Origin: Octopus vulgaris
Lineage: Eukaryota
NCBI GenBank assembly: GCA_951406725.2
Contig: OX597836.1
Coordinates: forward strand, 34,906,001-34,970,000
Direction: 5' to 3'
Length of the DNA: 64,000 nt
Shown here in pieces: positions 24,265-39,536 of this stretch. Both the position numbers and the translations under genes were made by a program. Every line of letters starts with the position of its first letter. Position 1 is the first letter of the stretch. The notes under the pieces are model-generated. The model searched no databases. It was not told the origin of the DNA and was given only the letters and a program-made list of their open reading frames with translations.

Positions 24265-24859
24265 CTCTTTACTCTCTTTTACTTGTTTCACTCATTTGAC
24301 ATGCTGGAGGACCGCCTTTAATCGAGCAACTCGACCCCGGGACTTATTCTTTTGTAAGCCCAGTACTTATTATATCGGTCTCTTTTGCCGAACCGCTAAG
24401 TGACGGGGACGTAAACACACCAGCATCGGTTGTCAAGCAATGCCAGGGGTACAAACACAGACACACAAACACACACGCACACATATATATACATATATAC
24501 GACGGGCTTCTTTCAGTTTCCGTCTATCAAATCCACTCACAAGGCTTTGGTCGGCCCGAGGCTATAGTAGGAGACACTTGCCCAAGATGCCACGCAGTGG
24601 GACTGAACCCGGAACCATGTGGTTGGTAAACAAGCTACTTACCACAAACACATGTGCATACACACTCACACACACACACACACACACCCTGTCACCTCCA
24701 TTGCTCCTTCAGTCTATGTAGCATCTCTGAAGCACTCTCATTCTCTTTTCACTGCTCTCACACATCTTCCAGCCAGCTACCCATCACTTTATCTCACCTA
24801 TGCTGTACAACGAAACCACACACACACACATTTATATATATGTGTGTGTGTATATGTGC

Positions 24860-24902
<43 letters not shown>

Positions 24903-25892
24903 ATGGGTGCTTTTAAGTGTCACCTGCATAGGTGCCAGTTACGTGACGCCGACATCAGTCACCATTGCCACTGTGAGGCCCAGTGCTTGAATGGTGCTTT
25001 TTACGTGTCACTGGTATGGGTGCCTGTTACATGACACCAAAATCGGCTACATTGCCTCTCACACACACACACAGGTGTGTGTGTTTGTATGTGTGTTGAT
25101 TGATAAAGGATAGATGAAAAGCAATTTTGTGAGCTGTCAAATGAACATTTGTTACCTTCCTGTCCTTAACAGTGACACAGTTATGACTTCATCATCATCA
25201 TCGTTTAACGTCCGTTCTCCATGCTAGCATGGGTTGGACGGTTCGACCGGGGATCTGGGAAGCCAGAAGGCTGCACCAGGCTCCAGTCTGATCTGGCAGT
25301 GTTTCTACAGCTGGATGCCCTTCCTAACGCCAACCACTCCGTGAGTGTAGTGGGTGCTTTTTACGCGCCACCTGCACAGGTGCCAGGCGAGGCTGGCAAC
25401 GGCCACGGTCGGATTGGTGCATTTTACGTGCCACCAGCACAGAAGCCAGTCGAGGTGGCACTGGCATCAGCCACGATTCGGATGGTGCTTTTTACGTGCC
25501 ACCGGCACGGAAGCCAGTCGAGGCGGCACTGGCATCGGCCACGATTCGGATGGTGCTTTTTACGTGCCACCGGCACGGAAGCCAGTCGAGGCGGCACTGG
25601 CATCGGCCACGATTCGGATGGTGCTTTTTACGTGCCACCGGCACGGAAGCCAGTTGAGGTGGCACTGGCATCGGCCACAATTCGCATGGTGCTTTTTATG
25701 TGCCACAGGCACGGAAGCCAGTCGAGGCGGCACTGGCATCGGCCACAATTCGCATGGTGCTTTTTACGTGCCACACGCACGGAAGCCAGTCGAGGCGGCG
25801 CTGGCATCGGCCCGTTTTTTGCAATACTTGATTTCATGCATATTATAATAGTTATAATTTTTCTTTTCTGTTTTTGGTTTTTTTTTCTGCAG

Positions 25893-26024
25893 CTCGGATT
25901 CATTGGAACCGGAGAGTCCCAGAAATGAGGATGACCCCGCGCTTGTAGCAGCAACCACATTCCGTGATCTTGTTTGTCGTGCCTCATTCGGAAGTATTAA
26001 ATCTGTACTGAAGCCTGTCTTAGT
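25893..26024 (+). CDS. EFR3: EFR3 exon (SDSLEPESPRNEDDPALVAATTFRDLVCRASFGSIKSVLKPVL)
   Basis: ctgcAG / GTAAGT; phase 2 to 2; matches EFR3 P..LA...FR.L..RA.FG......PV. Confidence 0.93.
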
Positions 26025-26437
26025 GTAAGTGACAGTTTCGCTTCTTCTTTTCACTGTTTGTCTTCGATTAAATACATCAACACATCCTCATTATAAATAT
26101 ATGTGTGTCTGTTTCTCTTTTACCTTGTTTCAGTTATTTGCAGTTATACCATGGTTTCAAATTTCTTTAGGTAATAATATGGCAGATAATATTACTTGCT
26201 AAAGAAATTTGAAACCATGGTATAACCGCAAATAAAAATAACAAGGTAAAAGTTTTTATTTTTCATTCCTTCGAAAACTGCTATTAAATCGTGGTTTTGG
26301 CCATGTTGGCTGTTTCTTCTAGCATGTAAAATTACCTGTTAAAGGGTAATTTCTTTTGTGTTTAAATGTACACTATTTTAAAATTTGAATAAGTTGTCTA
26401 TTGACTATTTATACATGCTAGGCCACTGGTGGTGATA

Positions 26438-26947
26438 TCTATATATATAAAACTAGTTGTGTGAGTGTCTGTCCCCTTCGATTTAGATTCCTAACTACTC
26501 CCACATTTTGCGGTGCAGCTTAACCAAATTCGGGTATCTTATAGTCGTGATTCATATCGAGCCCGTCTGAGTATTACCACGCATCAACGATGAGTCTACG
26601 ATTTTAAAAATAATTTAACATCATTTTTTATTCCATTTTAATGCATAATTTTTCATGTGTCGATGGCGGTGGAGTTGGCGTCCATGGTCACACCTGCACC
26701 TGTTTGCTTCCCCCCTTCTTCCCTCCCTCGTGAAGCTGTGGGGAAGGGAGTGTAAGGAAATCAAAGTCGTAAAGCGTTGTCAAGGAGACCAGCGTTCTTT
26801 TAGAACAACGACTTCATGGCTTGAAGACACCAAAACAGAAATGGCTAACAAAGCCCGAATTGGCATCTATAAGCGAAGTAACTCTCTAAAAATGCTTATA
26901 TAGTTATTTCCCTTACAAACCCGAGCAACGCCGGGCGATACTGCTAG
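26438..26947 (+). mobile_element. Non-autonomous Helitron
   Basis: A|TCTATATATATAAA 5' end, subterminal hairpin CCCGAGCAACGCCGGG, CTAG|T 3' end, no TSD. Confidence 0.85.
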
Positions 26948-28359
26948 TTTATAATGAATATTCGCTACCCTATTTATGTATCTTATGAATATGTTCATAG
27001 CATTCTCGAAGATTCAGCTCCGCATTATTTTTATTTCCGACTGTAAATACTCTTTTACTCTTTCACTTGTTTCAGTCATTTGACTGTGACCATGCTGGAG
27101 CACTGCCTTTAGTCGAGCAAATCGACCCCGAGACTTATTCTTTGTAAGCCTAGTGCTTATTCTATTGGTCTCTTTTAGTCAAAAAATCAACCACAGTACT
27201 CTTTACTCTTTTACTTGTTTCAGTCATTTGACTGTGACCATGCTGGAGCACTGCCTTTAGTCGAGCAAATCGACCCCATGACTTATTCTTTGTAAGCCTA
27301 GTGCTTATTCTATTGGTCTCTTTTGCCGAACTGCCAAGTTATGGGGATGTAAACAGACCAGCATCGGTTGTCAAGCGATGCTGGGGGGGGGGGGGAGAAA
27401 CACAGACACACAAACAAATACACACGCACATACATACATACACAACTGGCTTCTTTTTGTTTCCGTCTACCAAATCCACTCACAAGGCTTTGGTTGGCCC
27501 AAGGCTATAGTAGAAGACACTTGTCCAAGGTGCCACGCAGTGGGACTGAACCCAGAATCATGTGGTTCGTAAGCAAGCTACTCACCACACAGCCACTCTT
27601 TTAATTTTTTCCTAAAAAGTATCCTTGATATCTTCTTGTTTTACTCACTGCACTGTGGCCATGCTGGGTTTGTTGCCCTGAAGGGTTTTAGTCAAAAAAT
27701 CAACCACAGTACTCTTTACTCTTTTACTTGTTTCAGTCATTTGATTGCGGCCATACTGGAGCACCGCTTTTAGTCGAGCAAATCGACCCCAGGACTTATT
27801 CTTTGTAAGCCCAGTACTTATTATATCGGTCTCTTTGCCGAACCGCTAAATTACGGGGACGTAAACGTACCAGCATCGGTTGTCAAGCGATGTGGAGGGG
27901 ACAAACACAGACACACACACATACACGCACAATTATCATCATCATCATTTAACGTCCGTTTTCCGCGCTTGCAAGGGTTGGACGGTTTGACCGGGGTCTG
28001 GGAAGCCAGGGGCTGCACCAGGCTCGGGCTGCACCAGGCTCCAGTCTGATCTGGCAGTGTTTCTACAGCTGGATGCCCTTCCTAACGCCAACCACATATA
28101 TACGACGGGCTTCTTTCAGTTTCCGTCTACCAAATCCACTCACAAGGCTTTGGTCGGCCCGAGGCTATAGTAGAAGACACCTGCCCAAAGTGTCATGCAG
28201 TGGGATTGAACCCGGAACCATGTGGTTGCTAAGCAAGCTACTTACCACACAGCCACTCCTGTGCCTACTGTTTTTTTTTTTGTTTTTTTTTTGTTTTTTT
28301 ATAAAATCATGTTAGAGTTAATATGTTAATCCTGTGTTTATTTCTTCTTTTCATTGCAG

Positions 28360-28438
28360 CCACCTTGATCTACATAAGCTCTGGGTTCCGAATGATTTTG
28401 CCATCAAATGTTTCAAAATTATCATGTATTCCATTCAA
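28360..28438 (+). CDS. EFR3: EFR3 exon (HLDLHKLWVPNDFAIKCFKIIMYSIQ)
   Basis: ttgcAG / GTACGT; motif HLD.H.LW.PN.FA..CFKIIMYSIQ; phase 2 to 0. Confidence 0.95.
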
Positions 28439-28489
28439 GTACGTAAATTTCTCTTTAACAATAATCTTCCTACTGCTGCTTTGTTTGTT

Positions 28490-28885
28490 TGTTGAGCGAA
28501 GCGGTCTTCGTCCCAGAGCGCGCAAGATCGCGCCTCTGTAGTGGGAGAAGTACGAAACGTGGTCCTTTGCTATTCGTAAGACCCGCAGAAGAGAAAGCAG
28601 GTCAGCCCCCGACACCGAGAGCATCGACGGACGGATGGATGGATGAATGCGCATCCAGGCTCAGCGGTTGCGTAGGAAGTCGGGGACAAGAAACAGGAAG
28701 AAAGAGTGAGAGAAAGTTGGGGCGAAAGAGTACAACAGGGGTCGCCACCAACCCCTGCCGGAGCCTCGCGGAGCTTTAGGTGTTTTCGCTCAATAAACAC
28801 ACACAATGCCCGGTTTGGGAATCGAAACTGCGATCCTCCGACTGCGAGTCCACTGCCCTAACCACTGGGCCATTGTGCCTCCACT
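28490..28885 (-). mobile_element. GC-rich tRNA-headed SINE-like element just downstream of an EFR3 exon
   Basis: Minus-strand head GGAGGCACAATGGCCCAGTGGTTAGGGCAG...GTTTCGATTCCC with A/B boxes. The GC-rich body differs from families A-C. Confidence 0.55.
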
Positions 28886-29132
28886 GCTACTGCTGCTCTT
28901 GGTCATGCTTTTGTTGGTTTTATCATCTCCAAGTCAGAGCCATTATCCAGCTGGTTTCTGATCAGTTCTTTTGATATCAAACCCACCTGAAGTCACCACC
29001 TGGTTCTGTCTTTTATCTTCTATCTTTTACTTGTTTTAGTTATTAGACTGTGGCCATGCTGGGGCAGCACTTCGAAGGGGTTTTAGTTGAATGAAGTGTT
29101 TATCTGGAAGAAATTGTGTTCAGACCTGGTGT

Positions 29133-29174
<42 letters not shown>

Positions 29175-30989
29175 GTTCCTTTCTGTTTCCGTCTTTCAAA
29201 TCCACTCAGGAGGCTTTGGTTGGCCTGAGGATGGTAGAATACATTTGCCCAAAGTGCCACTCAGTGTATACTGAACCTGGAACCATGTGGTTGAGAAAGA
29301 AACTCCATACCACACAGCCATGCCCGCATCTGATATAAGCTTCTCGTTTTAATCTGATCTAAATTTAAAACTTCCATCAATATATTTTGTGAAGTTATGT
29401 CACAAACACCAGATTAATTATGACAAAATATTTTTTTAAATTCCTCATTATTTTTTAAATAAATCAAAACTAAGTTGGTGTATTTTTACGTGCCACCGGC
29501 ACGGAGGCCAGGCGAGGCTGGCACGGCCACAATCGGATGGTGTTTGTTACGTGCCACCAGCATGGGGGCCAGTCGTTGCAGTGCTGGCTATGGCCACGTT
29601 CGGATGGTTCTCTTATGTGCCACCGGCACTGGTACCACACACTACAAATTCCATTGATGTGGATCGATTTTGATTTGATTCTTTGATTTTGATTTTTTGA
29701 TTCCATATGTACAAATAAATAAGGTTTTATACAGACGTGGGTTTCAGTGTTGTGGGCACTCTTAAACTTTCTCTATCCAAATGGCATTTCAACCCAGTAT
29801 TTTATCTTTTACTTGTTTCAGTCATTTGACTGCAGCCATGCTGGGGTACCACCTGGAAGGGTTTTAGTCAAACAAAATCAACAGGAATTCTCTCCTTGAA
29901 TGTCTCATTTTTTTTGTTTTTTTGTTCTTGAAATGTAACCTTCCTGGAACAATCCCATCAAGGTTTTAGTTCATCATCATCATCATTTAACGTCTGTTTT
30001 CCATGCTAGCATGGGTTGGACTGTTCGACCTGGATCTGGGAAGCCAGGAGACTGCACCAGGCCCCAGTCTGATCTGGCAGTGTTTCTATGGCTGGATGCC
30101 CTTCCTAACGCCAACCAGTCCGTGAGTGTAGTGGGTGCTTTTTACGTGCCACCGTCACGGGTGCCAGGCGAGGCTGGCAATGGCCACGATCGGATTGGTG
30201 CTTTTTATGTGCCACCAGCACGGAAGCCAGTCAAGGCGGCGCTGGCATTGGCCACGTTCAGATGGTGCTTTTTATGTGCCACCGGCACGGAAGCCAGTCA
30301 AGGCAGCACTGACATTGGCCACGTTCAGATGGTGCTTTTTACGTGCCACCGGCACAGGGATCACAACTGCAATTTCCATTGATTTTTGATGTTGATGTAC
30401 TTGACTTAATAGGTCTCCTCAAGCACAGGGTAGTTGATTATCATAATTGCCCAGTATTATTTTTACTGACTCTGATCAAAGATTTGAAAAGCAAAGTGCT
30501 CAGTGCATGACACATTAACATATGGAGCAAAACGTTTTTTCTGATGCTCTACTAATTCTGCTGCCACCTCCTCTGTTGTTCATTGATACTTGATTCTATT
30601 GCTAGTTTAGGTTGTTAAAAATTTTCTAAGAACTGGACCAACAGTGCTACTATTACTAGAACTAATCCAATTGGTACAACACCAGGTCTGAGCACAATTT
30701 CTTCCAGATAAACACATCAGCACCAATTGCCACGTAGTGGTGGTGGAGATAAACAAAGGCATGCATCCACACACACACAAACACATGCATTCATACACTA
30801 TGGACTTCTTTTAGTTTATCTACTAAATCTACCCACAAGGCTTTGACTGGCCTGAAGCTATAATAGAGGATATTTGCCCATGATGCCATGCAGTGGGACT
30901 GAACCAGAAACTATGTGGTTGAGAAGCAAACTTCTTACCACACAGCCACTCCTGGAATTTCCACAGCCACTCCTGGAATTTCCAGCTTG

Positions 30990-31310
30990 TGAAGGCACAT
31001 TGCTTAGTGGTTAGAGCATTCAGCTCATGATTGTAAGGTTGTGAGTTCAATTCCCGGCGGCACGTTGTGTCCTTGAGCAAGACACTTTATTTCACGTTGC
31101 TCCAGTCTACTCAGCTAGCAAAAATGAGCAGTACCTGTAATTCAAAGGGGCCAGCCTTGTCCCATTGTGTTACACAGAATCTCCTTGAGAACTACGTCAT
31201 GGGTTCACATGTCTGTGGAGTGCTCAACCACTTGCATGTTAATTTCACAAGCAGGCTGTTCTGTTGATCAGATTGACTGGAACCCTCGTCGTCATAACCA
31301 ACAGAGTGCC
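30990..31310 (+). mobile_element. tRNA-derived SINE family C (GAAGGC..ATGGCTTAGTGGTTAGAGC head, CCTTGAGCAAGACACTTTATTTCAC core)
   Basis: tRNA-like A/B boxes; related copies at about 33220-33560, 43305-44060, 47990-48270 (-), 50820-51030 (-), 51070-51270 (-). Confidence 0.7.
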
Positions 31311-31357
31311 AGTTATAGTTATTCTGCCTGTATATATTTATATATATATATACAGAA

Positions 31358-32307
31358 TGCGGCGAGCTGGCAGAAACGTTAGCACGGCGGGCGAAATGCT
31401 TAGCCGTATTTCATCTGCCGTTACGTTCTGAGTTCAAATTCCGCCAAGGTTGACTTTGCCTTTCATCCTTTCGGGGTCGATAAATTAAGTACCAGTTACA
31501 CACTGAGGTCGATGTAATCGACTTAATCCGTTTGTCTGTCCTTGTTTGTCCCCTCTGTGTTTAGCCCCTTGTGGGTAATAAAAAAATAGGTATTTCGTCT
31601 GCTGCTACGTTCTGTTCCGCCGAGGTCGACTTTGCCTTTCATCCTTTCGGGGTCGATAAATTAAGTACCAGTTACGCACTGAGGTCGATGTAATCGACTT
31701 AATCCGTTTGTCTGTCCTTGTTTGTCCACTCCGTGTTTAGCCCCTTGTGGGCAGTAAAGAAATAGGTATTTCGTCTGCTGCTACGTTCTGAGTTCAAATT
31801 CCGCCGAGGTCGACTTTGCCTTTCATCCTTTCGGGGTCGATAAATTAAGTACCAGTTATGCACTGGGGTCAATGTAATCAACTTAATCCGTTTGTCTGTC
31901 CTTGTTTGTCCCCTCTGTGTTTAGCCCCTTGTGGGTAGTAAAAAAATAGGTATTTCGTCTGCTGCTACATTCTGTTCCGCCGAGGTCGACTTTGCCTTTC
32001 ATCCTTTCGGGGTCGATAAATTAAGTACCAGTTACGCACTGAGGTCGATGTAATCGACTTAATCCGTTTGTCTGTCCTTGTTTGTCCACTCCGTGTTTAG
32101 CCCCTTGTGGGCAGTAAAGAAATAGGTATTTCGTCTGCTGCTACGTTCTGAGTTCAAATTCTGCCGAGGTCGACTTTGCCTTTCATCCTTTCGGGGTCGA
32201 TAAATTAAGTACCAGTTACACACTGAGGTCGATGTAATCGACTTAATCCGTTTGTCTGTCCTTGTTTGTCCCCTCTGTGTTTAGCTCCTTGTGGGTAGTA
32301 AAGAAAT
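31358..32307 (+). repeat. Family A SINE with about 5 tandem copies of its 175-185 bp body
   Basis: Repeated GTCGACTTTGCC...AAAGAAATAGG blocks alternating between two variants. Confidence 0.88.
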
Positions 32308-32377
32308 ATATATTTATATACATATATATACATATGTGTGTTTCTACTTAAAATAACTTTTATATTTGTATTTGCAG

Positions 32378-32513
32378 GCAAAATACAGTTACTTAGTTCT
32401 ACAGATGTTGATGAGTCACCTAGACACACATCAGAAGAGTGAACCAATGATCAAAGCTAACATAATAGATGTTCTTTTCCAAACAGTATTAATTGCCGCT
32501 GGTGGATCTGTCG
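32378..32513 (+). CDS. EFR3: EFR3 exon (AKYSYLVLQMLMSHLDTHQKSEPMIKANIIDVLFQTVLIAAGGSV)
   Basis: ttgcAG / G|GTAAGT; phase 0 to 1; aligns to the EFR3 HLD...IAA.GS.G segment. Confidence 0.93.
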
Positions 32514-34332
32514 GTAAGTTCTTCCCCCCCCCCCCCCCAAAAAAAAATCTTCATTTCCATTGCTATTTATTTCAAATCGTAGTAATATTTTATGTTGCAC
32601 CTCATACCAGTCCATCAGAGAGGTGGCCTCTCTTTAGTTTCTTCATCAGCATCATCATCGTTTAACGTCTGCTTTCCATGCTAGCATAGGTTGGATGATT
32701 TTGACTGAGGGCTGGCGAATCAGATGGCTGCATCAGGCTCCAATCTTGATTTGGCAGAGTTTCTACAGCTGGATGCCCTTCCTAGCACCAACCACTCCGA
32801 GAGTGTAGTGGGCACTTTTTATGTGCCACCGGCACGGGGCCCAGTCCGGCGGTACTGGCAACGACCTCGCTCGAATCCTTTTGCACATGCCACCAGCACA
32901 GGTGCCAGTAAGGCGATGTTGGTAATGATCACGCTCGAATGGTGCCCTTTTACGTGTCACTGGCACAGAAACCAGTTGGCTGCTCTGGCAACGATCACAC
33001 TCGGACGGTGCTCTTGGCACCCTACTAGCACAGGCACTGACTAAACTCTTATCAGATCATAATTCTGCAATCTTTCAAGAGGAAGGACACATGTGTAGTC
33101 CGAAATAAGACTGGAATATTTTCAGTAATGGTTTTGTTCAATTGGGTCTGGCTTGTGACTGCAAAAAAAAAAAAATGACGACAACACCAATAACATGCAT
33201 TGTACCACATCGCATCTTGAAGGTGCATGGCTCAGTGGTTAGTGTCAGGCTCACAATCATGAGGAAGTGAGTTCAATTCCTGGACCGGGCTGTGTGTTGT
33301 GTTCTTGAGCAAGACACTCTATTTCATGTTGTTCCAGTTCACTCAGTTGTAGGAATGAGTTGTGACATTACTGGTGCCAAGCTGTATCGGCCCCTTTTGC
33401 CTTTCCCTTGGATAACATTGGTGGCATGGAGAGCGGAGGCTGGTGTACACCAGTGACTGCTGGTCTTTCATAAACAGCTTTGCCTGGGCTTGTGTCTCAG
33501 AGGGGAACTTTCTAGGTGCAGTCCCTCGGTCATTCATGACTGATGGGGATCTTTACCCTTTCACCACATCACATCCTGTTATGGTGCCACTACATGGTAG
33601 CCAGATTTGCTGGAAACAGCAGCTAAAGTTTCAGAAATAGTGTCAGTAAATGGACATCTGTTTATGTCAACAATGAGTTTTTAAGTATTGGGTTGATCAA
33701 ATGAACTCTTTGTTCATTGAATTAGCATTTAAGTGGCCGAGTATTCCATGGATATGCATACCCTTAATGTACTCAGACATAATCAGCTTGACATTGTGTG
33801 TGATAAGGTCCTTTGAGTTCCAATTAACAGTCTATTTGCTGGTCTTCTGCAAAGTTTTTGAATATCACAAGACTTGGGTCAGTTCAATGCCATGGTAAGA
33901 GACACTCACTCTAGATGTCATGCTATGGGATTGAACCTGCAATCTCATGTTTGCAAAGGGAACTTCTTAACCATTCAGCCATGCTACAGTTATGAAAAGG
34001 TCATATCATTTCCTTTTTTTTTTTGTCTTGTGTTGTTTAAAATATTAATTTTTTTTTGTCTATTTGTTATGTGCAACAGAAGCAAGATTAGTTCAAAATA
34101 ACAACCTGTGGATCATACTTAATGCAGATACATCACTGAAAGTGAAATTGGCTGCAGTATTCGTCAAGATGTTATCTCAGAACAATTATCGCTCACATTT
34201 AATTTTTTGTTTCTGTGATGTATCTGCACTAAGTATACTACACAGATTGCCAATTTATGTTTATTTGTTATTTTGTCTTTGAAACCTGTCCTTAATATGA
34301 AAATCTAAGAATATCTCTTTCTTTTATTGTAG

Positions 34333-34461
34333 GTCCATCAGTGCTGGAAGTGTTTGATACACTTCTACGACACCTTAGAGTATCTGTTGATTCCAAGTAT
34401 GAGGAAGCAGAGAAAACTGAAATGGAGAGAAAATTCCAAGAGGTCATAATCAACACAATTG
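34333..34461 (+). CDS. EFR3: EFR3 exon (GPSVLEVFDTLLRHLRVSVDSKYEEAEKTEMERKFQEVIINTI)
   Basis: ttgtAG / G|GTCAGT; motif GP.VLEVF.TLL.HLR.SV; phase 1 to 1. Confidence 0.94.
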
Positions 34462-35083
34462 GTCAGTGTTATTCATAACAGTCATGTGATGTGGCCGGTG
34501 TAGTAGTAGAAGTAGTAGTTGTAGTAGCAGTAACAACAGAAGTGGGTGTTGTTGTGTAAACTCCAAGGTCATATTTGTTTTTGAGCGTGACACAGATCGT
34601 TTTTATTGTTTTGTCAGTCGTGACCAAGCAGACCTGTGGAATATGGGTTCTGCATCAATCAATTAGGCTATACCCACAAGTCTGTTGTTCCTTTTAACCG
34701 TTTAGCATTCAGATTACACTATCAAATGTAATGCTTATTTATTCATACTGCTTTGAATTAATCATGCATTATATCATAGCACTGAGATTTTAAGTGTCGC
34801 CGGACTGGCTCCTGTGCAGGTGGCACGTAAAAAGCACCATTTGGGCGTGGCCGTTGCCAGTACCACCAAACTGGCCCTCGTGCCGGTGGCGTTAGGAAGG
34901 GCATCCAGCTGTAGAAACTCTGCCAGATCAGATTGGAATCTGGGTCGCCAGACCTCAGTCAAATCGTCCAACCCATGCTAGCATGGAAAGCGGACGATAA
35001 ATGATGATGATGAGGATGATGATTGTTTGCTTTTAGAATGACATTGAAAGGTAGACATGTGAGGCAAGATCTGACCTGTTTAA

Positions 35084-35302
35084 CCCTTTAGTATTTAAAC
35101 CGGCCATATCCGGCCAAAATAGCTAGTCTGTTTTATGTTCAAATTGACCAGATCCAGGCTCTCACACCTACCCTACAATGTTATTCTACATTAAGTAATT
35201 ACACCATCAAGATCTTGAAGATATGAGATAATGCATGATTAGTTCAAATCAATTGGAATCAATAGGCATTATGTTTGATTGAATAATCTGAACACTAAAG
35301 GG
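35084..35302. mobile_element. piggyBac-like MITE nested inside a related copy (about 34695-35365)
   Basis: TTAA|CCCTTTAGT ... ACTAAAGGG|TTAA. Related fragments at 1-135, 50140-50585 and 56610-56740. Confidence 0.75.
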
Positions 35303-35777
35303 TTAAACATAAAATCCTGTAGGCTATTTTGGCCAGTCATGCCTGGTTTAAATGCGAAAGGGTTAGTTCTGTCCCGAAGCTTGAAGCCTATTCTCCCTGC
35401 TCAGACATGTCAATTCTATTGTAGTCAGTTTTGTTCGAGTCAATTCAACTGTGACAGATCCAAAGGCAAAATGAGTATTAAAACGGTCGATAAATATGAA
35501 CTACATCAATGACATCTGCTGTAAACATTAAACCTTTTATTCAACAAGCCTTTTCATTCCATAATGTTTTTGTGTTTCTACACTATAAGAAGACAATAAA
35601 ATTATATTTAAGTGCTGCTTTCCTGGATCAATAAGAACCAGTTGATCTCTATTGAAAGTTTACAGTAAATTGAAGCATTGAATATTAACTGACAAGTCTA
35701 AACCTGACTGAAGTCCCTAGTTTAAACAAGGATTCTCTGGTGACAATAAATGTGTTGTGAACTCTCAGAACAAATGT

Positions 35778-38623
<2,846 letters not shown>

Positions 38624-38751
38624 GCGTTTAACGTCCGCTTTCCATGCTAGCATGGGTTGGGACGGTTCAACTGGGGGGGGGGGGTCTGGGAAGCCCCGAA
38701 GGCTGCACCAGGCTCCAGTCTGATCTGGCGGTGTTTCTACAGCTGGATGAA

Positions 38752-38783
<32 letters not shown>

Positions 38784-38859
38784 GGTGTCTGAGTTTGGAG
38801 AAAGGAAGAGAGGAGAAAAAAAAAGGAAGGAGGAGAAATAATTGTGTTGATATTTATAC

Positions 38860-38901
<42 letters not shown>

Positions 38902-39264
38902 GGCGGTTTGTCTGTGCGTGTTTCTGTGTGTCTGTTAGGTTGTACCCTCACCCTGACCACGGCTTTCAACCGATTCTGATGAAACTTGACACACACATAG
39001 CCCAATGTCATAATTCAAAACTAACGCAGCGAAAATTTTGAAAAGTTCCCCCAGTTCTGAAAAAATCGATAAATTCGACATGGGGTCGAGAATCAGAAAC
39101 ACAAAGCGCAAACTGTCTAGGGGACGCAACTCCACCTTTTTAACTAAAAAAAAAATTTACCATCATTTTTTTCCATCTATTTGCTATTTTTTGGCTATAA
39201 CTCTCTAAAAATGCTTTATAGTTATTTCCCTTACAAACCTGAGCAACGCCGGGCGATACTGCTA

Positions 39265-39316
<52 letters not shown>

Positions 39317-39505
39317 CATCATCATCATCATCATCGTTTAGCGTCCGTTTTCCATGCTAGCATAGGTTATACATACATATACATAAAATATTAGAAAAAA
39401 AACACCTTTTATCAATTCAAACTGAACAATTAAATTACACCATCTAGAAAATTGCATATCATAGAAAAGTAAATTACAAAAATAATATAATGTGTATAAT
39501 AGGTA

Positions 39506-39536
<31 letters not shown>

